Virus record (IMG/VR): IMGVR_UViG_3300037067_027643
Location: 160,001 to 224,000 of that record
From: a virus
Taxonomy: Duplodnaviria > Caudoviricetes
DNA length: 64,000 nt
Direction: 5' to 3' (one strand)
The position numbers and the translations under genes are program-made. Under the pieces are notes generated by a model, which did no database searches, was not told the DNA's origin, and worked only from the letters and a program-made list of their open reading frames with translations. Positions within the stretch are counted from its first letter, which is position 1. Each line of letters starts with the position of its first letter. Shown here piece after piece: positions 42,101 to 53,331 of the stretch.

Positions 42101-42261
42101 TGAACTCCGTCACCAATCTTAATCCTTACTGATTCGCTTGGATTTAAATATAAACTTGAACTATTATATTCTAAAACAAATTCACCTTGTGCTAATACCA
42201 TTGATCCACTATCTACCCAAGAAGCTATTGAATCACGTCTAATCTGAATTTGAGCATACAT
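39142..42261 (-). CDS. Mosaic tail fibre / receptor-binding protein
   Basis: Mtd_N-like N-terminus (IQIRRD..W..VLAQGE..KIGDG..LPY), Ser-rich shaft, DUF2793-like and CBM5/12-like segments, C-terminal 9-aa repeats. Confidence 0.75.
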   Translation of the reverse strand: MYAQIQIRRDSIASWVDSGSMVLAQGEFVLEYNSSSLYLNPSESVRIKIGDGVHTYSQLPYYADNLPNLLDVTITTPGNFNLLAYNSSTFNWENISTGSLNTLLSFINLNDVANNSYTGQDGKILQISGSKIDFISTSSFANTNTFNQFTSSVNSYEQLINQYTASNNTNIGYLNIHSESVNTWTASYSQSVYTSIYNLSASEYTTVYNLSSSFSESLSHITSSALSGATTLLELTDCPTSYLDVKSQSPNYSVLLMVNSGSDKTVFVEDTKYVYSSSFYTYELNQTNISSSFNSRINTTNSNITSLSSSVYTSVTNLSSSVSTSFYNTQLNTSSSVYLLSQSCYITDVNLSSSIPVNLGDLNNVIDLGVYPNGYVLSVSGSKWIGSPPSSSAGSTYFTNLLDVPNSYSSSANYIPQVNPAENGLIFLNTSSFASSQSLYTFETNYSLDSSSFNTNINNTYLSQSNYLLSADFNIYSQSYVSDSSSFDYRIDQLDMSSSELINITYSQLSSSIYNQTLTTGKHYKITDYQTVHNILDGNTITSDIHTGSIEPLVVFSISTGSIDKTAISTVYPQDTIYYDITGGDTRDIAFFGVGVPPPTYTVDDINNSIPLGPPEGYSVVILPGSPSPWNTHIHQITTYISSNWTYASASINEYAYVTSNTNTYMFSGTSWNLITPELLPVNGFKGLITYRKDTIRNNECYYDFRNIIFRRWKVNATGWVSSGSYTAKDIVSGSNDYLYKAKTTHSESIADPSSDAVNWQFWLNNFKNYSWTSTPSEFSVGDITTTNLSMSDPLDYYTFTPYDEYCYDNHINIISFDNNGYYSRLNNIVFGSTCYSNNIKSDGYTITIGDSCYSNTIRISCYSNVIGDTFQSNNIGRLFQSNVIGDSFQSNTIGDSFQSNTIGNTNIFGYSFYSNTIGNSFQSNNIREYFNSNIIGDGCYSNNIRNSFSVNNIRSSFYLNTIGDSFQSNNIRDGFNSNIIGDSFQSNNIEYCPNNIDFTSATYVYGAYNCTIYNKSDGTFRLNYYDGTDILHFVNITD
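39289..39760 (-). repeat. About 16 imperfect 27-bp coding repeats (FQSNxIGDS) forming a beta-solenoid
   Basis: Repeated ttgattgaaaactatc units, translated as (F/C)(Q/Y)SN(N/T/V)I(G/R)xx. Confidence 0.85.
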
Positions 42262-42294
42262 GTATTAAAAATATTATTAGTTTCTTACTAAAAA

Positions 42295-42339
42295 TATAAA
42301 TAGTAAAATAATTTAAAATAATTTTCAAAACTATTTATA
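42295..42339. promoter_or_regulatory. Back-to-back ACTATTTATA motifs (minus 42295-42304, plus 42330-42339)
   Basis: Between divergent structural genes. Confidence 0.75.
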
Positions 42340-42354
42340 TAAATATAAAACATC

Positions 42355-44172
42355 ATGGCAAAAAATATTCTAATTAGACATAATCCTCAGACATCAGATT
42401 GGGAACATTGGGAATCAGATAACGAATCTACTGGTTATTGGCTTCCTGGTTTATATGGAAAAATATTTACTCCGTTTGGAACATTTAAAAAAGATACTTA
42501 TATAACAGATGTTAAAAATGATAACGGAACAGTTAATATATTTGAATTTAATACTGGTATAGTTAATACAAATATTTCAAAAACAAATACTAATATTGAA
42601 AAATTAAAGAAAGTAAAAAATATAAATATTACTGAATTAATTGATACTCCAGAAGATAATAGTCAATATACTCCTGTTGTAATTAAATTTACTAATAGTC
42701 AAGAATTACAAGTTGTAAAAGATACCACGTTAAATTTATCAGTAACTGTTTATAATCCAGTACTAAATTCAATATTAAGATATACTTGGAATGCGGATGG
42801 TAATGTAGTAAAAGAAAATAGTACAGATAATACTTATAGTCAATTAATTGGTATAAATAATAATATTACTATATATAGTGAAATTACAAATGGTATAGAA
42901 AAAACAAAAACACCAGAAATTCAAATCAAACCAATTGATTTAAATAAAGATCCTTTATTTGGAAAGAACTTAATTAAAAATTTTGATGGAAGTATAGGAT
43001 TATCTAATTGGGTAACAGTTAGTGGTATTCCAAGAACAAATTCAAAGTGGAATCAACAAACTCAAGAAGGCAAAAGTGATGAAACAACAGCATTTAATGG
43101 TTCTACCGATTTTCCAAATGAATTAAGCAGAAATGATTTTAATGAAATAGGTCCCTATTATAAATCAATAATTTCTGATTGGAATTACAATAGTTTTTTT
43201 GAAGGTGGAATTGATAGTGTTTCTAACAAAACAGAAATGTATTATGATATAGATGTATCAAATGCTATAGATATAATCGATAAAAATGTTCAAAATGTTA
43301 ATACTGTAAGAGGACAACTTTTTGCTTATATGGGTGGAGATGGACAGATTAAATTTTATAATCAACCGACATTTGATGATATGTGGTTTCAATGGTGGTC
43401 ATTTGATAGAACGACTATAAGAATTGAATTATTGGATGAAAATAATAATATTTTGAATAGAGATTATTATATTTATAATCCAGCTCACAGTAGATACCGT
43501 CCATCATTATTTTTAAGAAACATTGATTTTTATATTCCTATAGGAACAAGAACAATTAGAGTTTGGCAAACGTATGAAAGATTTCATGATTATACAAGAA
43601 CAGCAGTAATTTATGGAACTAACGGTCAAACAAATTATAATAGAATTACACCTATTCCAGATAAAAATAGAGGATATGGTTTTGAAAACGAACAATTTGT
43701 ATTCAGACATTCTACAATGAATACATTGATAAATTTATTTTTATATGTAGATAATTATATAACTATAGATCAAAATAAAATAAAAACTGATTTTACAAAC
43801 TATAAAAAAATAATTAATAAATTTGATGAATCTGTTCCTTGGGGATATAATAGCAGCATGATAAGAGAAAAACAAAGTGTATATTCTTCGTTAAACGATA
43901 AGATTCAAGAATTAAGAAATGGTCAATTTGCTAATGATCAAATAATAAATATTATAAAAAGTGATAGTTGGTTTAAAACTATGTATTCTGAAAATGAAAT
44001 AAATAAATTAGTATATAATCAAGATTTAACAAACGAATACGATTATCGAGTAACATCAAAGAATACTTACTCTTGGAACGGAAAAGTTTTAGATTTATCA
44101 CCTAATGTAACTCAGATGAATCAAAATAATACTATTATAATTGAAGAACAGCCAATAACAACAATATCATAG
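42355..44172 (+). CDS. Putative virion structural protein (Ig-like plus carbohydrate-binding-like domains)
   Basis: LRYTWNADG Ig-like segment, KNLIKNFDG..W, IPIGTRTIRV. Late motif upstream. Confidence 0.55.
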   Translation: MAKNILIRHNPQTSDWEHWESDNESTGYWLPGLYGKIFTPFGTFKKDTYITDVKNDNGTVNIFEFNTGIVNTNISKTNTNIEKLKKVKNINITELIDTPEDNSQYTPVVIKFTNSQELQVVKDTTLNLSVTVYNPVLNSILRYTWNADGNVVKENSTDNTYSQLIGINNNITIYSEITNGIEKTKTPEIQIKPIDLNKDPLFGKNLIKNFDGSIGLSNWVTVSGIPRTNSKWNQQTQEGKSDETTAFNGSTDFPNELSRNDFNEIGPYYKSIISDWNYNSFFEGGIDSVSNKTEMYYDIDVSNAIDIIDKNVQNVNTVRGQLFAYMGGDGQIKFYNQPTFDDMWFQWWSFDRTTIRIELLDENNNILNRDYYIYNPAHSRYRPSLFLRNIDFYIPIGTRTIRVWQTYERFHDYTRTAVIYGTNGQTNYNRITPIPDKNRGYGFENEQFVFRHSTMNTLINLFLYVDNYITIDQNKIKTDFTNYKKIINKFDESVPWGYNSSMIREKQSVYSSLNDKIQELRNGQFANDQIINIIKSDSWFKTMYSENEINKLVYNQDLTNEYDYRVTSKNTYSWNGKVLDLSPNVTQMNQNNTIIIEEQPITTIS

Positions 44173-44174
44173 AG

Positions 44175-47100
44175 ATGAATAAAAACGATATTATACTAAA
44201 TAATTCATATCCAACTACACCAGATCTAAATTCAAATACTGGACAGATAAATTCTGCTATAATAAATAATTTAACTCAATCTAAAGCTAATTTATTAACT
44301 GTTTCTAATATTATTAATACTATAAGTGGAAATGAAAATTTAGAGTATCATGTTTATCAAAGTAATATTTTAGCAACTTCTATATATAATGGATTTGATT
44401 GGAATTTAGATAATACTAAAAAAACTAAACAAACTACATTAAATACAAATAGCCAAAGACATTTAAACGAACTTGGATTTAGTCAAGGACAATTTGATAT
44501 CACTTATAATGTATATAAAAAATTATTAGGTAGTCTAACAGAAACCACTTTAATTGTCGATGAAATATCTCAAACTAAAGAAGAAATAAGGTTAAAATTA
44601 TTTGATGTTTCCGTTGAAAATTTAAATCAGTTAAATAAAATTGGTAATTTACCCAAACAAGATATAAATGGTAATATAATAAATATTCAATTAAATTTTG
44701 GTACTAATAATATTTTTACCGCTGTTAATTGGAGAATGGATCCAAATATTGAAAATAGTATTGTATTTAAATTAATCAAACCTATTCCAGATACTGTATT
44801 TGTTGAAGTAAATAATTTAGCATTGGTATGTGTGCCTGTAATAGATCCTATAAATGTTACTGTTAATTTATTTACAAGTGAACCAGGGCAGGAAGCCGTA
44901 TTATTAAGGAATCCAAATTGGACAAGTCAATTTAATATTAAAAGTAAAAAAGAAACTGATTTTTATAATTGGGATACTTTACTTTCTACTAATTCTACAA
45001 GTTCTTATCAACTTATAAATAAGCATCTTAGTGGTAGCCTATCTGGAATTGATTTAAATATAGACCATTCTTCGTATAGTAATTTTGTATTTTATAGTTC
45101 AGCTGAACAACGTCTTAAAAATTTTTATTATAAACTCGGTTTGGTAGAAAATTATAACGGAGTTTTATCTACATTACATACACAATACTCTACTTCATTT
45201 GGAATAGATCAAGTTACTGTAAATAATAATATCGTTAAATATAATAATAGATTAAATAATTTATTCGGTACTTTTGATAATTACGAAAAATATTTATACT
45301 ATGAAAGTGGTTCATCTGTTGATATAGAATCTTCTACATGGCCAAAATCTAATACTACTTATCCTTATACATTATATTCAATAAATACTAATACAGCACA
45401 AGATTGGTACGAATCACAATTATATACTGCTTCTCTTTATGATGAAAATAATGTAAATAAATTAACCAATACAATTCCATACCACATTAGTTCAGATGAA
45501 AGTAATATTGGTTATGTTACATTTGTAGAAATGTTAGGTCAACACTTTGATATATTGTGGAGTTATGTAAATCATATGACATCTATTTATAATAGGAAAG
45601 AATCAATTTATGAAGGATTGTCAAAAGATTTAATTTATCATGTTCTTCAATCATTTGGATGGGAACCAGAATTTGGAAATCAATTTGAAGATTTATGGCT
45701 AAGTAGTTTTGGTGGTAATAAATATTCATCTTCACTATATATACAAGCAGAAGAAGAACAATCATATCCAACTCCATACGAGGATATTAGTAAACAAGTC
45801 TGGAAGAGAATATTAAATAATTTACCTTACTTATTAAAGAACAAAGGAACAGCGGAAGGTATAAGAGCTTTAATCTGTTGCTATGGAATTCCAGATACAA
45901 TATTAAGAGTTAAAGAATATGGCGGACCAGATAAATATACAGTTAAATCAAAATATAAATATAATAAATTTTATTACGCTTGGAATCCAACTGGATCAAG
46001 TGATTCTAATTTTTTAACTGTTAGTGGATCTACTTATCCAAATGGATTAGAGTTTAGATTTAAAACTAATGAAAATTTTAATGGTAATTTTATAGAACTA
46101 AGTAGAAGAGAACAAGTATTATTTACAAATTTAAGTGGATCTCTTGCACAATCACTTGGAAGGATTACTTATATAAATAATCAATTTGGAAACTTCGAAT
46201 TTTTAATTAAAGATACCATATTACCTACATATCACATTCATCAGATACAAAATATACCAATATTAGATGGAGCTTGGTGGAGTGTATTATTAAATATAAG
46301 TAATGAATATTCATGTTCCATGTTTGTAAAGAAAACAGAAAATGATAATGAATCAATTACACACGCTTATTCATCTAGTTTTATTTTAACTGATAGTGAA
46401 ACAGGAAGTTTAGATTATTGCTATATAAATTTTCCTGGTAATGTATCATCTTCTATACAACCAGCAACCTATGTATTTAATCAATTTAACGGAGAATTAC
46501 AAGAACTAAGATTTTGGTCTAGTTCATTAAATGAGTTATCTTTTAACAATCATGTACTTTCACCAATTTCATATAATAGTAATACAATAACATCTTCCTA
46601 CAATGATTTACTTTTTCATTTACCATTAGGAAACGATGTAAATTTAAAATATGACTTAATTACATTATATACTAATTCTGTTGATGTTTCTTACTATACA
46701 AGTTCCTCACATCCAAATCAAAATATTAATCTATACTCTGTAATTGCTCAACCATTAACAATGAGCTTTGTTCAACATACAGAACATTTTTCTACAGAAT
46801 GGCCAGATGTAAGTGCTAATAGAATTATATCAAATAAAATTAGAATAGAGGAAAATAATGCTTTTAGTGGTAATACATTAGATTTAAAACGTAGAAGTGA
46901 AATAAGTGCTAATGATTTATATCCAACAGATACAACTAAAATTGGAGTTTACCTATCACCAACAAATGAAATAAATGAAGATATTGCTAATCAGTTTGGT
47001 GGATTTAGAATTGATGATTATATCGGAGATGAAGAAGATTATTATACAGACGAATACGTAGATTTAATTGCTTTAAGAAATGAATACTTTAAAAAATATA

Positions 47101-48359
47101 ATGGAAGATTTAAAATAGCTGATTATGTAAAACTACTAAAATATTATGATAGTTCTTTATTTAATCAAATTAAAAAAATGGTTCCTGCAAGATCGAGATT
47201 GTTAACTGGATTAGTAATTGAACCATCCATATTAGAACGTCCTAAGATTAAAACAATAAGTAAACCTACTTATGAAGTATTAGAAAAATATGTTACCTTA
47301 AATGTTACATCAAGTAATCAATTAACAGGAACAATAAATAATCTAACATCTTCGTTTTCAACTAATATTTATCAATTAAGTAGTGATTATAATGAACTAA
47401 TATCTAATCCAATAGTACATACTGCTTCTTTAAGTGGAGATACGTTAAACTTAGAAACTACATTAGATTTTACTGATATGTATTTAATGAATTCTAGTAG
47501 TGTACTCAATACTGTTATAACCAGTTCTGTACAATCGAGTAGAAAACAAATCAAAACATTATACATTAGTAATACTGGATGGTTAGAAGGCTATACAGCA
47601 TATTCAATTCCATTTGTAAATGATTTATTAGTTGGACCAAATGCGTATGCAGAAAAACCTTGGTTAAATCCTAAATATGCTTGCGTAGATGATACTAATT
47701 ATTCTCAAATAGATACATCTCCTTCAAAATATGTTACTACCGCCTCTTATGAAACGAGTGAATTATTAAATGTAGGTGGTTATGGAATATCTAATCAAAT
47801 TAATTTTCAAGATGTACATTCTGTAAGAGGAATAAAACTCAATATTAAAAAACGTAGTGCTGATATAGATGTAAATAGACATACTACAGATTATATTGTA
47901 AAATTAAATCCTAATGGATTTGTCGATGAAAGTTTTATAAATAAACAAACTGGAATTAATAGAGCCGATATTAGTACATATTGGAAAGATGATGCTATAC
48001 CGACTAGTAGCTATTATGGAAGTCCGGAAGATAATTGGGGTTATCCTTCTATGTGGAATAAATTAAATGTAAGAACATTTTTTGTTGGAGTATCTTCTCT
48101 TAATTATTATTACAATGTATTTGATAATTTAAGACCTCAAGTTAATTGTATATTAGCGGATATTTATTTTAATAAAATACAATACAAAACAGCAGAGATA
48201 CAAGATTTTGAACCTACTGATTGGGCTAATCTAAAATATAATGGTTGTAAATTGGAAAGTGCTGGATTTAATCAATTAGCAAGTGATGGATTGCCAGTAG
48301 TTGATTTTTGGATAGTAAATAGTAATGAAACAACTGTTGAATCAGCTATTAAGGTTTGA
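44175..48359 (+). CDS. Large baseplate/tail-associated structural protein (LamG-like domain)
   Basis: FVFYSSAEQRLKNF, MLGQHFDILW, NNLPYLLKNKGT..I, FNGELQELRFW, VPARS..GLVIEP..LER motifs typical of large myovirus wedge proteins. Confidence 0.7.
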   Translation: MNKNDIILNNSYPTTPDLNSNTGQINSAIINNLTQSKANLLTVSNIINTISGNENLEYHVYQSNILATSIYNGFDWNLDNTKKTKQTTLNTNSQRHLNELGFSQGQFDITYNVYKKLLGSLTETTLIVDEISQTKEEIRLKLFDVSVENLNQLNKIGNLPKQDINGNIINIQLNFGTNNIFTAVNWRMDPNIENSIVFKLIKPIPDTVFVEVNNLALVCVPVIDPINVTVNLFTSEPGQEAVLLRNPNWTSQFNIKSKKETDFYNWDTLLSTNSTSSYQLINKHLSGSLSGIDLNIDHSSYSNFVFYSSAEQRLKNFYYKLGLVENYNGVLSTLHTQYSTSFGIDQVTVNNNIVKYNNRLNNLFGTFDNYEKYLYYESGSSVDIESSTWPKSNTTYPYTLYSINTNTAQDWYESQLYTASLYDENNVNKLTNTIPYHISSDESNIGYVTFVEMLGQHFDILWSYVNHMTSIYNRKESIYEGLSKDLIYHVLQSFGWEPEFGNQFEDLWLSSFGGNKYSSSLYIQAEEEQSYPTPYEDISKQVWKRILNNLPYLLKNKGTAEGIRALICCYGIPDTILRVKEYGGPDKYTVKSKYKYNKFYYAWNPTGSSDSNFLTVSGSTYPNGLEFRFKTNENFNGNFIELSRREQVLFTNLSGSLAQSLGRITYINNQFGNFEFLIKDTILPTYHIHQIQNIPILDGAWWSVLLNISNEYSCSMFVKKTENDNESITHAYSSSFILTDSETGSLDYCYINFPGNVSSSIQPATYVFNQFNGELQELRFWSSSLNELSFNNHVLSPISYNSNTITSSYNDLLFHLPLGNDVNLKYDLITLYTNSVDVSYYTSSSHPNQNINLYSVIAQPLTMSFVQHTEHFSTEWPDVSANRIISNKIRIEENNAFSGNTLDLKRRSEISANDLYPTDTTKIGVYLSPTNEINEDIANQFGGFRIDDYIGDEEDYYTDEYVDLIALRNEYFKKYNGRFKIADYVKLLKYYDSSLFNQIKKMVPARSRLLTGLVIEPSILERPKIKTISKPTYEVLEKYVTLNVTSSNQLTGTINNLTSSFSTNIYQLSSDYNELISNPIVHTASLSGDTLNLETTLDFTDMYLMNSSSVLNTVITSSVQSSRKQIKTLYISNTGWLEGYTAYSIPFVNDLLVGPNAYAEKPWLNPKYACVDDTNYSQIDTSPSKYVTTASYETSELLNVGGYGISNQINFQDVHSVRGIKLNIKKRSADIDVNRHTTDYIVKLNPNGFVDESFINKQTGINRADISTYWKDDAIPTSSYYGSPEDNWGYPSMWNKLNVRTFFVGVSSLNYYYNVFDNLRPQVNCILADIYFNKIQYKTAEIQDFEPTDWANLKYNGCKLESAGFNQLASDGLPVVDFWIVNSNETTVESAIKV

Positions 48360-50017
48360 AATTAAATCTTTATATATAGTTGTTAATATTATTTTTGCTT
48401 TGACTTAATAATGATAATCAAATTTACAAGTTGCTTCATTATATAAATAGAAACAAGTCACCCACTTTTCCACATTAATTGATTCTTCGTATGTTAAAAC
48501 CTTACAGTTATCAATATCAATTTCTTTAATAATTTGTGGGTGATAATCACAATCGAAAAACCGATGTTGTTCTTCATATACAACATCGTCTACTTTTAAA
48601 GTTTTTAATAATTGTTTAAATTTATCTCTATTATTTTTTAGATTGTTCGACTTATTTTCTGTTTCTAAAATTTCCTCTCTATAATTCATATTTTGCTTAT
48701 TTTAAATCCATTTAATTCAACTGGTTCTATTACATACTTATTTATTTCATCTTCATAAACAATAGCAATTTCTTCTTGTGTTTCTTTTTCATCATTATAT
48801 TTTATTAAAACATTTTGAAGAACTTCGTTTATCTCTGATAATACTATTATACCATTATTTATTCCAACTGTTTCTAAACTGGTTCTTCTTCCTCCACTAC
48901 TAAATAATTCCATTCTCATTTTTAAATGATATGTATATTGATTATCAATTATACGTGTTTTAACAATATTGATAATAAGAGTTAATTTATATTTCTTGTT
49001 TTTAATATTGTCTACAATTTTATAATCTTGTTTCCAAAACGGTTTAGAATGAAAACTATTTAATAGATTGTCAATTAGCATGGATATCAGTTTTAATTTG
49101 TTTATTTTCTTTGTTTCTATTTTTAAATTCTGTGACTATTATCACTTTCTTTTCTGTAAGACTTTGAATTTCGTTAATAATTTTATATTTATTCCAAAAT
49201 AACTTAAATGGATAAAATAACATTTTATTTGAAAAACCCATTTTATGTTTTATTCCATCTTCTCTTAATGCAGTAATAAAATTAATATTGTACGGTGTAT
49301 GCTCTATGTTTAGAATAACACGAATAAACATAGTATCGTGATGAGCATAACTTTGTTTTTCTTTTTCTTTGGTTACTTCTTTAATTGCCTCTTTTAGTTC
49401 TTTTAGTAATAAATTCATATCTCTTTTAAAATTTTTTCTATTTTAGTTTTTAATTGTAATTTTTCGTAATTGGATATTTTAAGTTTATTTATTATGTTAA
49501 AATATTTATTTTTAATATCTGTATTATCTGTTTCAAAAAATTCATTTTGTTCTAATAATTCGTTTTTAAAATCTTCAATAATATAATTGTGTTTTGGTTG
49601 CGAAGGTATTGATATTGGTGGAGGTTGTGATATCTGTCCTGGAATAATAATTTCCTTTTGTGGTTGTATTTTTACTTCCTTCTTTTTCTTTTCTTTCTTA
49701 ATTTTATTTACAACGATATCAGGTTCTGTTAATTTAATAGTTGGTTTAATAATTTCTTTTATTTTAGTTAGATATATTCTATGAACCTGATTATTATGTT
49801 CTACAACATTTTTATCTAAATAAATTATATTACCAACAATATTTATAATAAGGAATGTTTCGTTTTTGACGTTGACATTATAGTCTTCTCCTATATTATA
49901 ATAATCAAAAAATTTTTGATTTAATTTGACAATATCGTTAATTTTAAGTATTTCAAATAGTCTGTAAATCTCTTCTTTTTCTTCCAATGAGTTAAATTTA
50001 ATTTTGGATAACTTAAA

Positions 50018-50049
50018 CAAAAATAAGTAAAATTTTTCACTTATCCAAA
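50018..50049 (-). promoter_or_regulatory. Bacteroidota-type early promoter
   Basis: TTTG-N20-TATTTTTG. Overlaps the track's TTG start of 49415..50020, so the true start is likely downstream. Confidence 0.75.
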
Positions 50050-50053
50050 TTTA

Positions 50054-50635
50054 TTATGTTATTCTTAAAAAATTTTTAACTTCATTCCAATCTAAACAAG
50101 TCCAGCCAGTCCAATTTTTATTCCAGCTATATCTTTTACCAAACGAAATTTTACAGCCGGCATTTGAACTCATTAAATTATCATTATTGTCATCTAACAG
50201 CCACCCATCATCCATATTAACAATTGATTTATCCATTTTGCAACCATTATTTGTTAATAAAACATATTGTTGAATACAAGGTAAATGTTTTTGTAACCAC
50301 AATGATTTTAAATATAAATTTTTTGGAGTCCCTATTGAACAAATATACACATTATAATTTTTACACACTTGTTCTATTACTTCTTTGGTATTTTCATTAA
50401 TAAATTCTAAAGTTTTAAAGAATAATTCATGTTCAAAAAGTGGATATACCCATTCATGTTTCCCTTCTAACAATGGACAAACATCTTCAAAATTATAAAC
50501 ATTCGATAAAGTCCAATCGGCTTTAACCCAATTTTTATTAAAGCAATACGATAGATTATATACATTACAGAAAGCTTTAGTAGAATTTACAATAGTATTG
50601 TCAAAATCCAAAATTAATTTTTGTTTATTTTTCAT
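50054..50635 (-). CDS. 5'(3')-deoxyribonucleotidase (HAD, NT5C-like)
   Basis: LDFDNTI, K.LWL..HLP, DKS, LLDDN. Confidence 0.8.
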   Translation of the reverse strand: MKNKQKLILDFDNTIVNSTKAFCNVYNLSYCFNKNWVKADWTLSNVYNFEDVCPLLEGKHEWVYPLFEHELFFKTLEFINENTKEVIEQVCKNYNVYICSIGTPKNLYLKSLWLQKHLPCIQQYVLLTNNGCKMDKSIVNMDDGWLLDDNNDNLMSSNAGCKISFGKRYSWNKNWTGWTCLDWNEVKNFLRIT

Positions 50636-50829
50636 ATTTTACTTTTTAATTATTTAAACCAACTTACTTTATATTTCTTTTGGCATTTTAAACAATAAAA
50701 TTCATTATCAATTATACACCAATTATCAATTGCGTTTGAAACTTGAGTTTCATAATTACATTTATCACATTTAACAAAGTCAGTTGAAATTGTTGTAGTT
50801 ATTTCTTTTTTAAAAATTTTACTCATAAT

Positions 50830-51075
50830 TTATTTTTTAATAATTTCGTAACCAGCTCTTTCTAATACGGTAATCATCTTATTCAAATCTTTGATATAGT
50901 TAATTTTATACAATTGAAATTTTCTATATAAAGTTCTGATGTTGATTCCAGTCAGCTTCGAAATTTCTGTAACTGTCGTTCCTTTTGCTATTAAATAGTT
51001 TAAAATTTCTTCTTCTAATTTAGTAATTTCAAACGTCGGTAAACAACCAATGTCAAATTGTTTATTTTGTTTCAT
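50830..51075 (-). CDS. HTH DNA-binding protein
   Basis: GTTVTEISKLTGINIRTLYRKF. Confidence 0.7.
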   Translation of the reverse strand: MKQNKQFDIGCLPTFEITKLEEEILNYLIAKGTTVTEISKLTGINIRTLYRKFQLYKINYIKDLNKMITVLERAGYEIIKK

Positions 51076-51688
51076 TATTTATCGAATTTAAAAAGTTAGT
51101 CACCCATTTATTTGATTCTAAACATCTAAGTAATTCTTCATCATATTGTTTTTGATAACGAACTAAATCTTCTTCATACATTTGAATTCTATCTTTCCTT
51201 ATTAATTTAGGATCGATATTCTTCAATTCTTTTTCAATTCTTTCAAGTTTTTGAACATGGTACTCATCATCACAATCCCATTTGATAGTATCTGTTATTT
51301 GTTGAATCATAAATTCTTTAATACCAACATGTTCTTTTGTTGGTGGAATATAATCTATAGCATGATTTAACATAGTTGTTAATTTATCTTTAAGAACCTT
51401 TATTTCCTTTATTTTATTAATATTATATTTTTTATCATTGTTTAATTGCCTTGTAACAGACTTGATAATTGAATCGTTAGATTGTTTTTTAATATTAATT
51501 AATTTCTTTTTGGTTTCCTCTATATTTTCTAAATAATAATTACTAACTTTTCTTGGTTCATATTCAATATCTAAATTTTCATCACGCATGTGAATAGTGG
51601 CACCAAATGCTCTCATACATAATTTTGCAAAATCTGGAAATGTATTTATTTTTCCATCTATAATTCCTGATGTGTATCCTGTAGGCAT
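51062..51688 (-). CDS. Conserved phage hypothetical protein (MPTGYT family)
   Basis: MPTGYT...F..LCMRAFGA..HMRD, PPT.EH..IKEFM..QI. Confidence 0.6.
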   Translation of the reverse strand: MPTGYTSGIIDGKINTFPDFAKLCMRAFGATIHMRDENLDIEYEPRKVSNYYLENIEETKKKLINIKKQSNDSIIKSVTRQLNNDKKYNINKIKEIKVLKDKLTTMLNHAIDYIPPTKEHVGIKEFMIQQITDTIKWDCDDEYHVQKLERIEKELKNIDPKLIRKDRIQMYEEDLVRYQKQYDEELLRCLESNKWVTNFLNSINNETK

Positions 51689-53299
51689 AATTTTAATTTT
51701 TTATTTATTTATAATTTATTTGATTTCATATAAAAATTCATTTGTTTTTGGATGAAATAATTTTTCAATTTCTTTTCCTGTTAAATCATGATTACATTTA
51801 TTACAACTAAAAATATCAAAATTAAATCCATCTTCATTTGATTTATAAACTTTGATTTTAATTTTACCCTTATCACAATTTGGACATTTTATTATGTGCG
51901 TTTTCATATTATTGTTCTATTAAATCCAATATATAAATTTCAAAATTGTTTAAATATATTTCGCCAAAAAATGATTTAGTTTTGTAGCTTCTTTTCCTAA
52001 TTAAGCTACCCTGATATTCTTTATCGTAAGTAATAACTTTATCTTCTATTAATATAACATTTTCACTTTCTCCAAATCCACACCACTTATCTAATTCTTT
52101 AATAGCTAGTTCTTCTGAAACAGCAGAAATAATTGGTTCTGAAAAATCTTCATCTACATCAATTACTATAAATATTGATTTCATAATTCTATATTAAATT
52201 TTTTTAATTGTTTAATTAATTTATTTTTTGTTTCCTGTTTTTCATCCATTAAAATTCCTAATATTCTTAACAGAGTATTAACAGATTGTTTTTGATTAAT
52301 TTCATAATCATATTTTATTTCTTTTTTATTTTCTTTACCTGTAGTATGTATAATTATAGAAGACCAAGGAAATGTGGAATCAGGTTTATTATCTTCACTA
52401 TTTAGATTTATTAATGAACCATCTTCATCTAATATAGATTTCTTAGTTCCTTCTTTTTCTTTTTTAGTTAGATCCTTAATCTTTAAAATAAATTCATGTT
52501 CAAATGATTGGTTTCCAACATTAGCTATTAATAGAGCCATTTCATTAATATCCTTTATTTCTACATCTAAAACTTTAATCTTTTCGACAAGTTTAGAAAC
52601 CTTTTCTATTTCTTTTATATTCATTTTTATATTTAAATTAAATGTAATTTTTCTGCTTGAGTTTTAGTAAGATAAATGATTTCATTATCCTTGGGATCCC
52701 AACTTTCGTTTCTAGCATATTCGTTTGTTCCTGTTACATCACAATAATCTAACCAATCACATTTAGTTCTTATTTGATACCAATTAATTGGAATATCTTT
52801 TTCTTCTTTAACTGTTTCTTGTTCAAATGGATAATTGTTTAAAAAATAATCAAATAGGAAATCATTATACAATGGAGACTCTTTGATATCATAATCGCTA
52901 ATTTCTAAATTACTAAAATATTCTAAATCTTCTATTACTTTACCTGGATAATAATTATCGTCATCATGTACGTTTTTGGTAGCTATACATAAATAATTAT
53001 AACCAAATTTCGATTTATCCAAACGGATTAAATATGCTAATTGATTATAACCAAGCGCTGCGTTTGTTTCGTATATTTTCATAAATTATTTTACCTCTCT
53101 ATAAAATTCGTTATTAATTATTTTATATTTTAAATTATTTAATATTGCTATTTTTGATTCCTCTTTAAATACAGATTCGTCACTTGTCCAATGTTCGTAA
53201 TATATTCCATCTATATTTCTATATTTATTAGAAGAATTTTTTACTTTATTTTGATTATAATTAAACTTTGGTTTCATTTATTGTTTTATTTTAACAATA

Positions 53300-53331
53300 C
53301 AAAATTAATAAAAATATTTCATGCTACCAAA
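53300..53331 (-). promoter_or_regulatory. Bacteroidota-type early promoter
   Basis: TTTG-N20-TAATTTTG. Confidence 0.8.
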
